DNA from: Cyanophyceae cyanobacterium
Lineage (GTDB): Bacteria > Cyanobacteriota > Cyanobacteriia > Cyanobacteriales > Laspinemataceae
Direction of reading: 5' to 3'
Length of the DNA: 64,000 nt
NCBI GenBank assembly: GCA_038321985.1
Contig: JBBQFN010000006.1
Span: forward strand, 1-64,000
The position numbers and the translations under genes were made by a program. This document shows, in pieces, positions 12,157 through 24,846 of this stretch. Each line of letters opens with the position of its first letter. The stretch's first letter is position 1. The notes beneath the pieces are model-generated. The model had not been told where the DNA came from. It saw only the letters and a list, made by a program, of their open reading frames with translations, and searched no databases.

Positions 12157-12192
12157 CCACCCCAAGGATGAGTTAGACTAATCCTTGGGGTG
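12157..12192 (+). terminator. Intrinsic terminator after PBP1A
   Basis: caccccaaggat...atccttggggtg stem followed by tttatttt. Confidence 0.7.
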
Positions 12193-12223
12193 TTTATTTT
12201 GAAAATAAGATAATAAGGAGTTT

Positions 12224-13333
12224 TTGATGCTGCACCGACTGTATGTCAATAATTTTAGATGCTTAGAAAACTTTGAATTCACTACTAAAGGAATTTCATC
12301 AGCACTTTTAATTGGAAAAAATGGGTCCGGTAAATCAACAATTGCTAGGGCCTTGGAAGTTTTTCAAAGCATTGGTAGAGGAATCAATAAAGTTGGTCAA
12401 CTGGTGCAAGAAAAGGATTTCTCTCAGGGACGGTCTAATATTCCGATTCGCTTTGAAATCGAATTATTTTTGCAAGAGAAACTCTACCAGTATAGTCTAG
12501 CCTTTGAATTGCCAGAAAATTTTAAAGAAATGAGAGTTTTTGAAGAAAAATTACTTGTGAACGGAACGGCACTCTACACTCGAAAAGAAGCTCAAATTAC
12601 GCTTTTAAGAAGCTCACAAAACCGCTCTGCGGAGTTTCTAATGGATTGGCATCTGGTTGCCCTCCCTCTCATTCAAGAGCAATCTCAGACTGACCCCCTA
12701 CATATTTTCAAAACCGGGCTGACCCGGATGATTATTTTAGCGCCAATCCCCAGTTTCATGAACGGCGATTCGCACGGTGAAACCTTGGAACCTCAATGGA
12801 ATGGTTCAAATTTTGGGGAGTGGTTTTCTGGGTTGCTGAGTCGCTATCCGGCGGCCTATACCCAGGTAGACAAATATCTGCGAAACGTAATGCCGGACTT
12901 TAAAGATGTTCGGAATGAAGTAATGGGTAAAGACTTCAAAAGCATGATAGTTCGGTTTGAAGAAAACAATGCCAATTTAAGCGTTTATTTTAGCGACTTA
13001 TCCGATGGAGAAAAATGTATTTTTTTGGGGGCTGTTTTGGTCGCTGCCAATCAATCTTATGGACCACTATTTTGCTTTTGGGATGAGCCAGACAACTATT
13101 TATCTTTGTCCGAAGTTGGACATTTCGTTATGTCACTCAGGCGGTCATTTCAAAATGGAAGTCAGCTATTAGTGACCTCCCATAATGCCGAAGGTATCCT
13201 CAAATTTTCTAATGAAAATACCTGGTTGATTCATCGAAACAGCCACGTAGAACCCACTCTAATCAGACCCCTTGAAGAGATTCCAATTCAAGGTGACTTA
13301 GTGGAGGCTTTAATTCGGGGTGATATAGATTGA
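12224..13333 (+). CDS. ABC-type (AAA_21-like) ATPase without membrane domain
   Basis: Walker A GKNGSGKS, signature LSDGEK, Walker B FWDEPD, H-loop TSHN. Confidence 0.9.
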   Translation: MMLHRLYVNNFRCLENFEFTTKGISSALLIGKNGSGKSTIARALEVFQSIGRGINKVGQLVQEKDFSQGRSNIPIRFEIELFLQEKLYQYSLAFELPENFKEMRVFEEKLLVNGTALYTRKEAQITLLRSSQNRSAEFLMDWHLVALPLIQEQSQTDPLHIFKTGLTRMIILAPIPSFMNGDSHGETLEPQWNGSNFGEWFSGLLSRYPAAYTQVDKYLRNVMPDFKDVRNEVMGKDFKSMIVRFEENNANLSVYFSDLSDGEKCIFLGAVLVAANQSYGPLFCFWDEPDNYLSLSEVGHFVMSLRRSFQNGSQLLVTSHNAEGILKFSNENTWLIHRNSHVEPTLIRPLEEIPIQGDLVEALIRGDID

Positions 13334-13824
13334 AGACCAATAGATTTCAATTTCATGTTTTAGTTTTGCCAGAAGATAATGCAGACCGCCAAATTGCTAA
13401 TGGATTTATTAAATATCGTAACGTGAACGTGAACCAGCATCGGATTCAAGTTATGAAGGAATTAAGCGGATGGGAAAATGTTGTAGCTAAATTTAATAAA
13501 AATTATGCTTCTGATATGCGAAACAAATTTCTTGAACGAAGGGTTATTTTGCTGATTGATTTCGATGAGGATACGAACCGATTGGCTTATGTCAAAAGAC
13601 AAATTCCCGAAGACTTAGAAAATCGGGTATTCGTTTTGGGGGCTTGGTCTGAACCCGAGCGTTTAAAAGCGGAACTCAAAAAGACTTTTGAAGGAATTGG
13701 AGAAGCATTAGCGCAAGATTGCTCTGACAATCAGCAAACATTTTGGAACCATGAACTGCTCAGGCACAACCACCCTGAGTTAGAACGCCTGAGATCATCG
13801 GTTAGACCCTTTTTATTTGAGTAA
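13330..13824 (+). CDS. Putative TOPRIM-like protein, partner of the ATPase
   Basis: 4-bp overlap with the ATPase stop; VLPED..D and LIDFD acidic motifs. Confidence 0.6.
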   Translation: MKTNRFQFHVLVLPEDNADRQIANGFIKYRNVNVNQHRIQVMKELSGWENVVAKFNKNYASDMRNKFLERRVILLIDFDEDTNRLAYVKRQIPEDLENRVFVLGAWSEPERLKAELKKTFEGIGEALAQDCSDNQQTFWNHELLRHNHPELERLRSSVRPFLFE

Positions 13825-13922
13825 TATCCAATCCGGATAAATTAACGAGTGCAGAAGGGTAAAAAAAGATAATCAATTATAATCTGTGTAGAGGCGGATG
13901 GACCCATATTAGGGGCTAGGAT

Positions 13923-14656
<734 letters not shown>

Positions 14657-14993
14657 TAACAATTATGAAGGAAGCTGAGACTCCCTCTGAACGAGTGGCG
14701 CGATCGCGTGGCTGATGATTCCCTTCGAGGACAAAAGCGGCAGATGAGAGGCGCGGTACTCCCAACACAATGCCCTCACCAAAGTTTTAGAAGCCATTGC
14801 AGTCGGAGGTCGTTACAGGTGGGATTAATGAGGAAGCCCGATCGCCACTCCATCACCCTAAAACCTCCCCTCACCGCCACCCCCAAACCATAAATTTTTC
14901 TAATCATTCAATTTGACCCCATATTCCTCTTTAGAGGGATACAGGAGGGTCACTCTTGCCGTAAGCTGGGAGTGTAGTTCGTGAAAAACGCTT

Positions 14994-15188
14994 ATGAATA
15001 TATTGATGGAAGTCTCTGCGGCTGCGGGGGCTAGTGCTAACAATTTTCCTTTAAGTTTTACCTTGGTTTATGTCGTAGGCTTTATTGCGGCAGTGACCCT
15101 GGGTTCGATCGCCTGGTATAACTCCAAGCGTCCCCCCGGTTGGGAAGATAAAGAACGTCCCGATGTTGTACCCAAGGTTGATAAGTAA
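14994..15188 (+). CDS. psb35: Photosystem II assembly protein Psb35
   Basis: 64 aa, single TM followed by GSIAWYNSKRP.GWEDKERPD.VPKV. Confidence 0.8.
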   Translation: MNILMEVSAAAGASANNFPLSFTLVYVVGFIAAVTLGSIAWYNSKRPPGWEDKERPDVVPKVDK

Positions 15189-15254
15189 AACTTAAGTCAA
15201 TACCCCCCATAATAAAATCTTAGTCAGGGCGATCGCAGATGGATCGCCCTGGCA

Positions 15255-16625
15255 TTACTCTGTCTGCTGTTTCCTCAGTCTCACCATGAAAAATCCGTCC
15301 ATGTCATGCTGGTAGGGCCATACGGTAATCCAGCCTTCCAGTGTGGCAAAGTGGGCGGTTGGGGAGTTAATGTTGGGAGGTTCGATCTCCCAGTCAGGGT
15401 GACTGCCTAGGAAACTTTGAATCACGTCTTCGTTTTCTTTTGGATGTATGGTACAGGTAGCATAGACCAGGTGACCCCCGGGTTTCACCCAATGGGCGGT
15501 TTCTTCGAGTAATTCCCCCTGGAGTTGGGACAGTTCCTGGATATTTTCTGGGGTTTGACGCCATCGGGCATCGGCGCGACGATGGAGGGTGCCGAGTCCG
15601 GAACAAGGGGCGTCTAAGAGTACCCAGTCAGCCGTTTGATGAAATTGCGTAAAGTTGCGACTGTCTCCACTCAAAGTTTGAATGGATTTAAGCTGGAGTC
15701 TGTCGGCATTTTCTTTGACTTTTTTGAGTCGGGAAGGCGCTTTATCACAAGCCCAAATTGTGCCGGTATCTCCCATCATTTCCGCAATGTGGGTGGTTTT
15801 TCCGCCCGGGGCGGCACAGGCATCGATCGCTACTTGTCCGGGTTTTGGTTCTAGTAAATATCCGACTAATTGGGCGCTACTGTCTTGAATTGTCCACCAT
15901 CCGGCCTGATATCCTGGCAAGTTTTCAACGGCACCGGCACCACTACATAAGCGCAATCCTTGGGGTAAATGGGGCAATCTTACAACTTGCACTCCGGCGG
16001 ACTGGAAGGCGGTTTCAACCTCTTCTAGGGTAGTTTTTAAGGGATTAATGCGTAAATCTAAGCTAGGGGATTGGTTAAACCAGGTACAGAGTTTTTCAGT
16101 TTCTGCAAATCCCAGGCGATCGCACCAGTTGGCGACAATCCAATCGGGAAAGCTATGCAACATTCCTAAGCGGGATATCTGATCACTGGGAAGCACTAAT
16201 GGATCGTTATCTTGGGCTTCGGCTAAACGAATATATTGCCGCAATAAGCCATTTACAAAACCGGCAAGTCCTTTAAATTTATTTTCTTTAGTTAATTCAA
16301 CGGTGGTGTTAACCGCAGCAGAGGCAGGAATTGTATTGAGATAGCGGAGTTGATACAATCCCAGATGGAGAATGGTGCGGAGGTCATCGGGTTGGTTGGC
16401 CGATTTCTTTTTAGCAAGTTGGTCGATTATCGCATCTAAGGTTCGCATTCTACGGACGCATCCATAGACTAATTCGGTTGCTAATCTGCGATCGCTGGGG
16501 ATAAGGGGGGGTTCTTCCCCGACTTTGGCTTTTTGCAGCCATTTATCGAGAGCAATATCGGCAAATACACTCCGCCGATGGACATCTCGGAGTGCTAAAA
16601 AGGCAATTTGACGGGGATTAGACAT
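15255..16625 (-). CDS. rsmB: 16S rRNA m5C967 methyltransferase RsmB/Sun
   Basis: NusB-like N-terminus, DACAAPGGKT, LDAPCSG, YATCT, DGFF. Confidence 0.95.
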   Translation of the reverse strand: MSNPRQIAFLALRDVHRRSVFADIALDKWLQKAKVGEEPPLIPSDRRLATELVYGCVRRMRTLDAIIDQLAKKKSANQPDDLRTILHLGLYQLRYLNTIPASAAVNTTVELTKENKFKGLAGFVNGLLRQYIRLAEAQDNDPLVLPSDQISRLGMLHSFPDWIVANWCDRLGFAETEKLCTWFNQSPSLDLRINPLKTTLEEVETAFQSAGVQVVRLPHLPQGLRLCSGAGAVENLPGYQAGWWTIQDSSAQLVGYLLEPKPGQVAIDACAAPGGKTTHIAEMMGDTGTIWACDKAPSRLKKVKENADRLQLKSIQTLSGDSRNFTQFHQTADWVLLDAPCSGLGTLHRRADARWRQTPENIQELSQLQGELLEETAHWVKPGGHLVYATCTIHPKENEDVIQSFLGSHPDWEIEPPNINSPTAHFATLEGWITVWPYQHDMDGFFMVRLRKQQTE

Positions 16626-16815
16626 TTAAAGTTTAGAGTTGAGATTGAAGAAAGCGATTGCATTCTATAGAGGCCAGGTTTGGACTCTGCCATTATGACC
16701 TACTTTTTTATTTAGAATGAGTCGGACTTCAAATTATAGGGGGTTATTAACGGAATGAAGGATAAATTTTGAGGGGATTCCTATTTAGAAGTGGATGGCA
16801 AAGCTGAAAACTCCC

Positions 16816-17307
16816 CTACAGTTGATGCAAGCGCGATCTCAATAATTCTAATTGGGCATCGATTTGGGCAAAATCTAGGTCGGGCATTCCTTCTAAAGTT
16901 GATTCTAGGCTGGCGGAAGCTAAACTGGCTTTAAAAATATCTCTTTCCCTTTCTAAGGCAGAAAGTTGCTGTTTGAGGGTGGTCACTGTGGGGATTAATT
17001 CATCAAGTCGTTGTTTGAGTTCCTCAGCCTGTTTGCTGTAGGTTTGTTTGCGGGTTAGTAATTCCCGGGCCAGGGGTTCATTTTGCTGCTGCAAGGCGAG
17101 TTTAGCGGACTCGGCTAATTCATGAACCTGCTGTTGGGCGGTGTGATAGTCACGCAGGAGGACTTCTTGACTCCCTGCTGCATTTTGAACGCTTTGCTTA
17201 AATTCAAGCAAAGTTTTTTCGAGTTCGCGCGGGTAGTCTTTCCGCTGATTTTGCCAATCGGTAATATTTGAGCGAATCAACCGATTAATGCGATCGCCTA
17301 ATGCCAT
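16816..17307 (-). CDS. Short PspA/IM30 family protein
   Basis: N-terminal amphipathic helix MALGDRINRLIRSNI, ALQQQNEPLARELLTRK motif, C-terminal IDAQLELLR. Confidence 0.75.
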   Translation of the reverse strand: MALGDRINRLIRSNITDWQNQRKDYPRELEKTLLEFKQSVQNAAGSQEVLLRDYHTAQQQVHELAESAKLALQQQNEPLARELLTRKQTYSKQAEELKQRLDELIPTVTTLKQQLSALERERDIFKASLASASLESTLEGMPDLDFAQIDAQLELLRSRLHQL

Positions 17308-17560
17308 AGTCTCATCTCCGGGTGCTGATTAAGGGGAGAACATTCCCTTAAAATTGTAGCTTTTATGAGGTGATGTTGACTACAGAAGCAAGCATGAGTT
17401 CATCGCCTATATAGCCCACAATCCGTTCATGAAAAACTTCCCTCTAGGTTAAAGCGAGGGCAGGGAATTATTGCCGTGATTCCAACCAACCCAATCCCGT
17501 TTTAAATTAGCCCTTGTCATGGGTGCTTTATTGGCCCTACCCTGAAGGGTGAGGCTTTGT

Positions 17561-20500
17561 TTAAACTTGGGTTGGTTGGCAAAAGTAATCAGCAAAAAAC
17601 TCTCGGACTTGTTTTAAAATATTAGGCAATTGAGCGGCAAGTTCGGCGGTACCTTCTAGGGTTTGTTTGCGGGCTAACTTTTCAAGTTGCGCGGCGATCG
17701 CGGACATAGAAAGAACTCCTACATTACTAGCCGCACTTTTAATTCGATGAGCAGAATGCTCAACCATTGTTAAATTTTGGGTAGATAATGCCTGAGTGAG
17801 CGTTTCAATATCTTCTGGTATTTTATCAAGAAACACCTCTAAAAGCCGCCGTTGCAACAAAAGATTTCCTCGGGTCACTTTCAGCAATCGCTCTAGATTT
17901 ACAGGGTATTCTGGAACAGAAAGAGGCAAAGGGGATGAGGTAGGAAGGACCAGCAAACTAGGGAGAATAGCGGTAGGTTCAACACGAGGAATTATGAGGG
18001 GGGAGGGGAATTGTAGACAATTATTGGGTCCGGCTTTTTTATGAATCCAGCGGCGGATGGCAGCGGCTAAATCTTCGCGTTCGATGGGTTTACTGAGATA
18101 ATCATCCATCCCAGCATCAAGACATTTTTGGCGATCGCCACGCATGGCATTAGCGGTAAGGGCAATCACGAGGGTATGTTTTTGGGCTTCCTCTCGACGG
18201 CGCAATTCTTTGGTAGCCGCATATCCATCCATCACCGGCATTTGACAATCCATCAAAACCAAATCGTAGGGTTTTTGAGCAAGAGATTCCAAGGCTTCTA
18301 TACCATTGGTGACACAATCTGCTTGATACCCTAACATTTCTAATTGACTTAAAATCACCGTTTGGTTAATCAGGTTATCTTCAGCCACTAAAATATTGAT
18401 CGCATAAGCTGGGGTGATGGGTGAGTTTAGTTGCCCCAAATGATGGGAGTCAAAGGATTGACCATTCACCACATTAATCAGGGTATCAAATAACCGCGAA
18501 GCGCGTACGGGTTTGAAGAAATAACTAGCTACTCCTTTTTCTACTAGGGATTCGGCAAGGTGCCGTTGACTTTGATTCGTCATTAAAATGACCTTAGTTT
18601 CAGGAAATAGGTAGGACTCAAACCGATCACTGTCGTAGTGCAGAGTTTCTAATAATTCTAATCCTTCTTTTGAGGGAAGTTGTAAATCCAATAACAGCAC
18701 ATCATAGGGTTGATTGAGAGTGAGTTTCTCTTGCAAGGCCTGGAATGCTTCTGCGCTATTTTCAGCATCATCGGTCTGCATTCCCCAGGCTTGGGTTAAC
18801 TCCCGGACAGACTGACGAATTCGAGGGTTATCATCTACCACTAGCACTCGCAACCCGGGTAACTTTTGCCGAGGATTTACATCTGCGGGGGTGAAATTGG
18901 GTTGTTTCTTCAACTCAGCTGTAAACCAAAAAGTAGACCCTTCACCGATTTTACTGTCAACCCCAATTTGTCCGCCCATCATTTCTACAAGTTGTTTGCA
19001 AATTGCCAAACCTAAGCCCGTACCTCCATACTGACGCCTTGTAGAAGCATCGACTTGAGAAAAGGATTGAAACAGTTTATTTTGCCCTTCTGGAGAAATG
19101 CCAATGCCAGTATCCTTGACACTCATGCGAATAGAAGCCGTTTGTTCGGTTTCGGAGATTGCCGTCGCTTGAATAATAACTTCCCCGACTTCCGTAAATT
19201 TAATGGCATTTCCCACTAAATTCAGTAAAATTTGTCCGAGTCTAACTGGATCTCCTTGTAAATTACGGGCCAATTGTGGGTCAAACAAGAAACTTAATTC
19301 TAACCCCTTGGCTTCAGCTTGTGCGCCTAGCAAATCCAGAACTTGTTCAACGCTTTCGTAAAGATTAAAATCAAATCGTTCTAAGTGCATTTCTCCAGCT
19401 TCGAGCTTAGAGAAATCCAGAATATCATTGATAATGCTCAATAAATGTTGAGCGCTGGCGCGAATGGTTTTGGCATAGTCGTATTGTTGGGTACTTAAGT
19501 CTGTTTCTAACAACAAGCCCGCCATCCCTAATACACCATTCATGGGAGTACGGATTTCATGGCTCATATTGGCAAGAAATTGAGATTTAAAGCGGGCAGA
19601 TTCTAAAGCGGCTTCCCGGGCTTTAACTAATTCATCAATGCAATCAATGGCAATTGCAATTCCCCCGATCTGACCTTCTGTAAGATACCAGGGAGAAATC
19701 GTCCAGCGAACGTAAGTAGAAGACTCATCTAATTTTTCCCAAAGGTCTTCGGTGACAGAAACAATTTCTCCTTGTAAAGCCCGGTCGTGAGCTTGTCGCC
19801 AGCGTTCGGGAATATCCGATGAAACTTGATAGTAATTACAGCCGATCAGAGAGGGTTGAGTAGAGTTGTTATCCCCAGGGTGTTGCGATCGCTCAAAAGA
19901 GTCTAAACCGTGATTGGTTAGCCATTGACTAGAATGGGCGAGATAACACATTTGGGTATCAAACATGGCGATCGCCACCGGTGCACAGTTGACAATCTGT
20001 TGTAACTGCTGCCGTTCCCGTTCGATCGCTGTTTCCATTTGTTTACGATCGCTAATATCCCGCCACACTACAGCAAATCCATCGCCCAGTTTCGTAGCGC
20101 GAATATCAAATGCTTCCCGGACTGGGGGACGTGTTTTTACCGCATCAAAGCCCTGAATTCCCTCGGCTTCATATAGGATCAATTCCTCCGTTAAGGGTTC
20201 TCCCGTTTGGATAACTTGAGCATATTTACTAAATAAAATGCTTTGGCGCGGGTCTGGCATCACTTGGCAAAATGAACAGTCGTGATCCACTTCATGCCGG
20301 TTACAATGACATTGGTTACGGGCTGAAGCATTCACATATTCGCAGCGAAAATCAACGATTTCCCCCGAGTCATTTCGGCAGGCTGAATAAATCCCAAAAC
20401 AGTCCAGCATATTTTCAACGGACGTGCGAAACCGTTCTTCGCTGTGTAACAGTTCTTGCTCAAGCTGTTTGAGGTCCGTAATATCAATCGCCACGCCGTC

Positions 20501-22642
20501 CCAAAGAATATCTCCATTTACCTGGGGTGCCGGACGAGACTCCCCTTGAAGCCATTTGATTTTTCCCGACGAGGTAATCACTCGAAATTTACGCTTCCAG
20601 GGTTGTAAACTTTTAGCCGATCGCGTGATAGATTCATTAAAATCCGGCCAGTCCTGGGGATGAATCGCCGACCCAATTAACTGTGCATTTTGTTCAATTT
20701 CTTCCGGCTCTAATTCTAAAATATCCCGGCAACCGGAACTCACGTAGGGAAAAGAAATTGTGCCATCCGTTGTCACTCGATATTGATAAATCACTCCCGG
20801 TAAATTATCCGCTAAGCGTTGGAAGCGATTCTGGAGCTCGGTAACTCGGCTGGTTTCTTGGTGAAGCGCCTCCTCGACGGACTTGCGATCGCTAATATCC
20901 CGTCCGACACAATAAATGGATTGTTCTTCGGGAACGGGGACTGCTGTCCAAGAAATCCATTTGTAAGAACCATCCACAGCACGATAGCGATTTTCAAAGG
21001 CGATCGCCACGTTCTCATTAAGCATTTGACGGGTTTTTTCATGAGACTGGTGGCGATCATCGGGATGGACCCAATCCAGGGAAAACTGATGAGAAAACTC
21101 TTCAGGACTGTAGCCTAAAATCTCGGTCACCGCCGGGTTAACCCGTTTAAAGTAACCATCAAAAGAGGCGATCGCCATCAAATCTACAGACACTTTAAAA
21201 AATTGTTCGAGTTCCGCTTGTGCCTTTTGCCGCGCGATAATTTCTCGTTGCAGTTGTTGATTGGTGCGCGTGAGTTCTGCGGTCCGATAGGCCACTAAAT
21301 TCTCAAGTTCTTCTTGATATTTTTTCAGTGCGGCTTCGGACCGCTTGCGATCGGTAATGTCAAGAACGATCGCTTGCATTCGACCATCGGGCAGCATTTT
21401 AGCACTCAATTCCACCGGGAGCAAAGTATTATTTTTACGCCGCAACCAATGTTCAGTCCTCATCGTTTCTCCCAACCGTAGCCCTTGCAGTGGGGTTGAA
21501 AATATCTTGATTTCAGGCTTGCAGGCAAGTGCCTTAACATTCAGTTGTAAAAGTTCTTCTCGGCAATAGCCTAACATCTCACAGGCACGGGGATTTACAT
21601 CTAGATAATTTCCCAATCCATCGACAATAAAAATGCCTTCTGAGGCTTGTTCCATTAACTGACGATAGTCGGTTTCTTGATGATGAAGTTCAGCTTCTAA
21701 ATTTCGTCGGGCGGTGATATCGGTATAGATGCCAATAAATCCCACAAGTTGTCCGCGATCATCCGTAATTGCGTCGGCGCGAACGGCAATTTGTAAGCAC
21801 TTACCCCCTTTTGCTTCCATTTCCGCTTCCTCTTGCCAAGAACCCCCACTGGAGATAGTCTCGAAGACTTGACGACCCACCGCGCGATCGCGATAAAGCA
21901 TGGCGGGACCTCCGGCAGCATTCATTTCTTCCCGGGTATAGCCGAACAGGTGAGTGCAGGCGGAATTTTGATAGCTGCGTTGTCCGCTTAAATCCGAGAT
22001 AGCGATCGCATCCCCAGCACTATCTACCGCCTTGCGAATCCTTAACAGTTCTGACTCATACCCTTTACGCTCGGTGATATCTCGACCTTCGGCAATCAGT
22101 TGGGTAACCCTCCCACCTTCGCCAACTACGGGCCTAATTGAGAAATCCAGGGTTCTCCAGAGACTACCGTACCCCCCGATTTCCGTTTCATAACGCAGGC
22201 ATGAACCGGATGCAGCAACGGCGATCGCCTCCTTCAGCCGGTCTTGATGTTCAGTACCCGAACTCCACCATGGGGCTTGCCAAAATGGTGACCCGATTAC
22301 TTCCTCGGGTTGCAACTGGCCCCACGCTAGGGCCGTTTGATTCACCTCTAGGATATTGCCGTCTGGGTTTAACACCGTCATAAACTGGAAGCTAGAGTTA
22401 AAAATTTCCCGAAACCGAGGATTTTCTTTCTCCTGTAAACCCAGCCACGGCATAGGGCGATCCCGGCGAGTTAAATACAAAAATATTAAAGGAATTAAGC
22501 ATTCAGCAAAGGCGACTACTGGCAGCAGGGCTTGGCTTCCCAGAGCCTCGGCTACAAATTTGATCCCGTTGAAGGAGCATAGGGATACATATCTATAAAA
22601 AATGTCCGGGTCAAAGGGAAGAATTTGCTTTAAAAACTCCAT
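17561..22642 (-). CDS. Hybrid sensor histidine kinase (about 7 PAS domains, HisKA, HATPase, 2 REC, HPt)
   Basis: Repeated PAC-type DITxRK motifs, [27 protein letters not shown], two receiver domains, AHRIKSAA. Confidence 0.95.
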   Translation of the reverse strand: MEFLKQILPFDPDIFYRYVSLCSFNGIKFVAEALGSQALLPVVAFAECLIPLIFLYLTRRDRPMPWLGLQEKENPRFREIFNSSFQFMTVLNPDGNILEVNQTALAWGQLQPEEVIGSPFWQAPWWSSGTEHQDRLKEAIAVAASGSCLRYETEIGGYGSLWRTLDFSIRPVVGEGGRVTQLIAEGRDITERKGYESELLRIRKAVDSAGDAIAISDLSGQRSYQNSACTHLFGYTREEMNAAGGPAMLYRDRAVGRQVFETISSGGSWQEEAEMEAKGGKCLQIAVRADAITDDRGQLVGFIGIYTDITARRNLEAELHHQETDYRQLMEQASEGIFIVDGLGNYLDVNPRACEMLGYCREELLQLNVKALACKPEIKIFSTPLQGLRLGETMRTEHWLRRKNNTLLPVELSAKMLPDGRMQAIVLDITDRKRSEAALKKYQEELENLVAYRTAELTRTNQQLQREIIARQKAQAELEQFFKVSVDLMAIASFDGYFKRVNPAVTEILGYSPEEFSHQFSLDWVHPDDRHQSHEKTRQMLNENVAIAFENRYRAVDGSYKWISWTAVPVPEEQSIYCVGRDISDRKSVEEALHQETSRVTELQNRFQRLADNLPGVIYQYRVTTDGTISFPYVSSGCRDILELEPEEIEQNAQLIGSAIHPQDWPDFNESITRSAKSLQPWKRKFRVITSSGKIKWLQGESRPAPQVNGDILWDGVAIDITDLKQLEQELLHSEERFRTSVENMLDCFGIYSACRNDSGEIVDFRCEYVNASARNQCHCNRHEVDHDCSFCQVMPDPRQSILFSKYAQVIQTGEPLTEELILYEAEGIQGFDAVKTRPPVREAFDIRATKLGDGFAVVWRDISDRKQMETAIERERQQLQQIVNCAPVAIAMFDTQMCYLAHSSQWLTNHGLDSFERSQHPGDNNSTQPSLIGCNYYQVSSDIPERWRQAHDRALQGEIVSVTEDLWEKLDESSTYVRWTISPWYLTEGQIGGIAIAIDCIDELVKAREAALESARFKSQFLANMSHEIRTPMNGVLGMAGLLLETDLSTQQYDYAKTIRASAQHLLSIINDILDFSKLEAGEMHLERFDFNLYESVEQVLDLLGAQAEAKGLELSFLFDPQLARNLQGDPVRLGQILLNLVGNAIKFTEVGEVIIQATAISETEQTASIRMSVKDTGIGISPEGQNKLFQSFSQVDASTRRQYGGTGLGLAICKQLVEMMGGQIGVDSKIGEGSTFWFTAELKKQPNFTPADVNPRQKLPGLRVLVVDDNPRIRQSVRELTQAWGMQTDDAENSAEAFQALQEKLTLNQPYDVLLLDLQLPSKEGLELLETLHYDSDRFESYLFPETKVILMTNQSQRHLAESLVEKGVASYFFKPVRASRLFDTLINVVNGQSFDSHHLGQLNSPITPAYAINILVAEDNLINQTVILSQLEMLGYQADCVTNGIEALESLAQKPYDLVLMDCQMPVMDGYAATKELRRREEAQKHTLVIALTANAMRGDRQKCLDAGMDDYLSKPIEREDLAAAIRRWIHKKAGPNNCLQFPSPLIIPRVEPTAILPSLLVLPTSSPLPLSVPEYPVNLERLLKVTRGNLLLQRRLLEVFLDKIPEDIETLTQALSTQNLTMVEHSAHRIKSAASNVGVLSMSAIAAQLEKLARKQTLEGTAELAAQLPNILKQVREFFADYFCQPTQV

Positions 22643-23310
22643 AGACGATTCTTATCCCCATCCGTTAGCTGGATCTTTATCATTTAAGTTAATAATCTAA
22701 TAGTTTTGATTAAATACCTCCAAATTTAAGATTTTTTTTATACTTGTGACAATTAACTCAGTTACATAGTCAAAAATTTTTTGATATATCTTTAGCCTAA
22801 CCGCTCCTGTGATCCTCACCCTGGCTGCAAAAAAACACCCTTATGATTTCTATCGGCCGTAACAAATTTAGGCTAAGTCACCTCGAAAAATCGATTTAAA
22901 TCAGTCTGAGGTTTGGCATAACTTGCCTTCAACCCTAGGGTTTAGTGTAACTATTGAACCGATTGATTGCCCAAATAATGTAAGCAGTGCTACAAAAAAT
23001 AGTTTTTATATTAATCAATTGTCATCGGTTCCCCGGAAAGGGATCGATTGGAGGCGATCGCCTATTGGGACGCCAAACCTCTATTTATTCTTTCAAAAAC
23101 CTTTTCTTAATCTAAATTAACAGTTATTTTAAAACCGCTCGTTAAAAAATTGGGCGACTTCAAGAGAGCGGGGAAACTCCCAAAATCTCCAACAAAATCC
23201 CCCGGCACAGAGGCGAAAAATTGATCCCACTGCAAAACCCTAAGCTACCATTCCCCCAATCTTTACGGTATTGTGTTTAAAAGTCCTCTCTCTCATAGAT
23301 AGAGCCTTCC

Positions 23311-24516
23311 ATGACCGCAGTACAGCCAACCCCCAAGCACCAGAAATCCAAAGCTCTCAAGCCCGGTAGCCGTCCTCCCGCTAAAGAATTGTGCAGCGAG
23401 TGTGGCCTTTGTGATACCTATTACATCCATTACGTTAAAGAAGCCTGCGCCTTTCTCAATCAACAAATCGCCACACTCGAAGAAAGCGCACATGGACACA
23501 GCCGGGACTTAGACAACCCAGATGAACTCTATTTTGGCGTCCATCAACAGATGATGGCAGCACGCAAGCAGGAACCTATCCCCGGCGCTCAGTGGACGGG
23601 AATCGTTAGCACGATCGCCTGTGAAATGCTAGATCGTGGCCTCGTTGAAGGGGTGGTTTGCGTCCAAAATACCTCGGAAGACCGTTTTAAACCCATGCCA
23701 GTCCTGGCACGCACCAAAGAAGAAGTCCTCGCAGCCAAAGTCAATAAACCCACCCTCTCCCCGAATCTGTCTGTCCTCGAACAAGTTGAGCAATCCGGAA
23801 TGAAACGCTTACTGGTGATTGGGGTCGGTTGCCAGATTCAGGCGTTGCGTGCGGTTCAAAATGAACTGGGGATCGAAAAACTGTACGTTTTAGGCACTCC
23901 CTGCGTAGATAACGTTTCCCGAGCCGGATTACAGAAATTTTTGGATACCACCAGCAAATCCCCGGATACGGTGGTGCATTACGAGTTTATGCAGGATTTC
24001 CGCATCCATTTTAAACATGAGGACGGTTCCATTGAGAAAGTCCCATTTTTTGGACTGAACACTAAAGAACTCAAAGATGTATTTGCACCCTCTTGTTTGA
24101 GTTGCTTTGATTATGTCAACTCCCTCGCCGATTTAGTGGTGGGTTATATGGGTGCACCCTATGGCTGGCAGTGGATCGTTGTTCGCAACCAAACCGGACA
24201 AGAGATGCTCGATTTGGTCACGGAACAGTTGGAAACTCAGCCGGTGATGTCCCGAGGCGATCGCCGCGCAGCCGTCCAACAAAGCATTCCGGCTTATGAA
24301 AAAGGGGTGACCCTGCCGATGTGGGCCGCTAAACTGATGGGGGTGGCGATCGAAAAAATTGGTCCCAAAGGATTGGAGTATGCTCGCTTCTCCATCGATT
24401 CCCACTTCACGCGCAATTATCTGTACGTCAAACGCAATCATCCTGAAAAATTAGAAGCTCACGTTCCCGAATTTGCCAAACAGATTGTGAGCCAATATAA
24501 ATTGCCAGAATCTTGA
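23311..24516 (+). CDS. bciB: Ferredoxin-dependent 8-vinyl reductase (FrhB-like, Slr1923/CvrA type)
   Basis: CSECGLC, GAQWTG, VGCQ, GTPCVDN, CLSCFDY motifs. Confidence 0.88.
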   Translation: MTAVQPTPKHQKSKALKPGSRPPAKELCSECGLCDTYYIHYVKEACAFLNQQIATLEESAHGHSRDLDNPDELYFGVHQQMMAARKQEPIPGAQWTGIVSTIACEMLDRGLVEGVVCVQNTSEDRFKPMPVLARTKEEVLAAKVNKPTLSPNLSVLEQVEQSGMKRLLVIGVGCQIQALRAVQNELGIEKLYVLGTPCVDNVSRAGLQKFLDTTSKSPDTVVHYEFMQDFRIHFKHEDGSIEKVPFFGLNTKELKDVFAPSCLSCFDYVNSLADLVVGYMGAPYGWQWIVVRNQTGQEMLDLVTEQLETQPVMSRGDRRAAVQQSIPAYEKGVTLPMWAAKLMGVAIEKIGPKGLEYARFSIDSHFTRNYLYVKRNHPEKLEAHVPEFAKQIVSQYKLPES

Positions 24517-24846
24517 TCTGGGGATTGAGAAGGCGAAATTGGGTATTTTCCCTAAATCTACACCCGATTTCGCCCTTAATTATGTCTCCCTCAATTTCTA
24601 CCCCAGTTTTCCTAGCCACTGTCCCCAAGCAGAACTTTTAATATTTTTGTACCTTAAAATAGGTGACCTTTATTAATAAATTCATTTTAAATCATATCTA
24701 ATTATAGGCTCTCATTTTCGGGGTCATTAAAGGCGATCGTCTCAAAGATATGCCTAGAAAAGGAGTGGGGATCAACCTAAAGAGTGAGGGCATTCCCAGA
24801 TAACATTCCCTACAATTTATCATAACGATGATAGACAAGACTTGTT

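Noticed and set aside
14693..14850. Inverted repeat GAGTGGCG(CG)ATCG / CGATCGCCACTC suggesting a MITE
   Set aside because: Short and largely explained by HIP1-like cores; no target duplication or second copy in the window.
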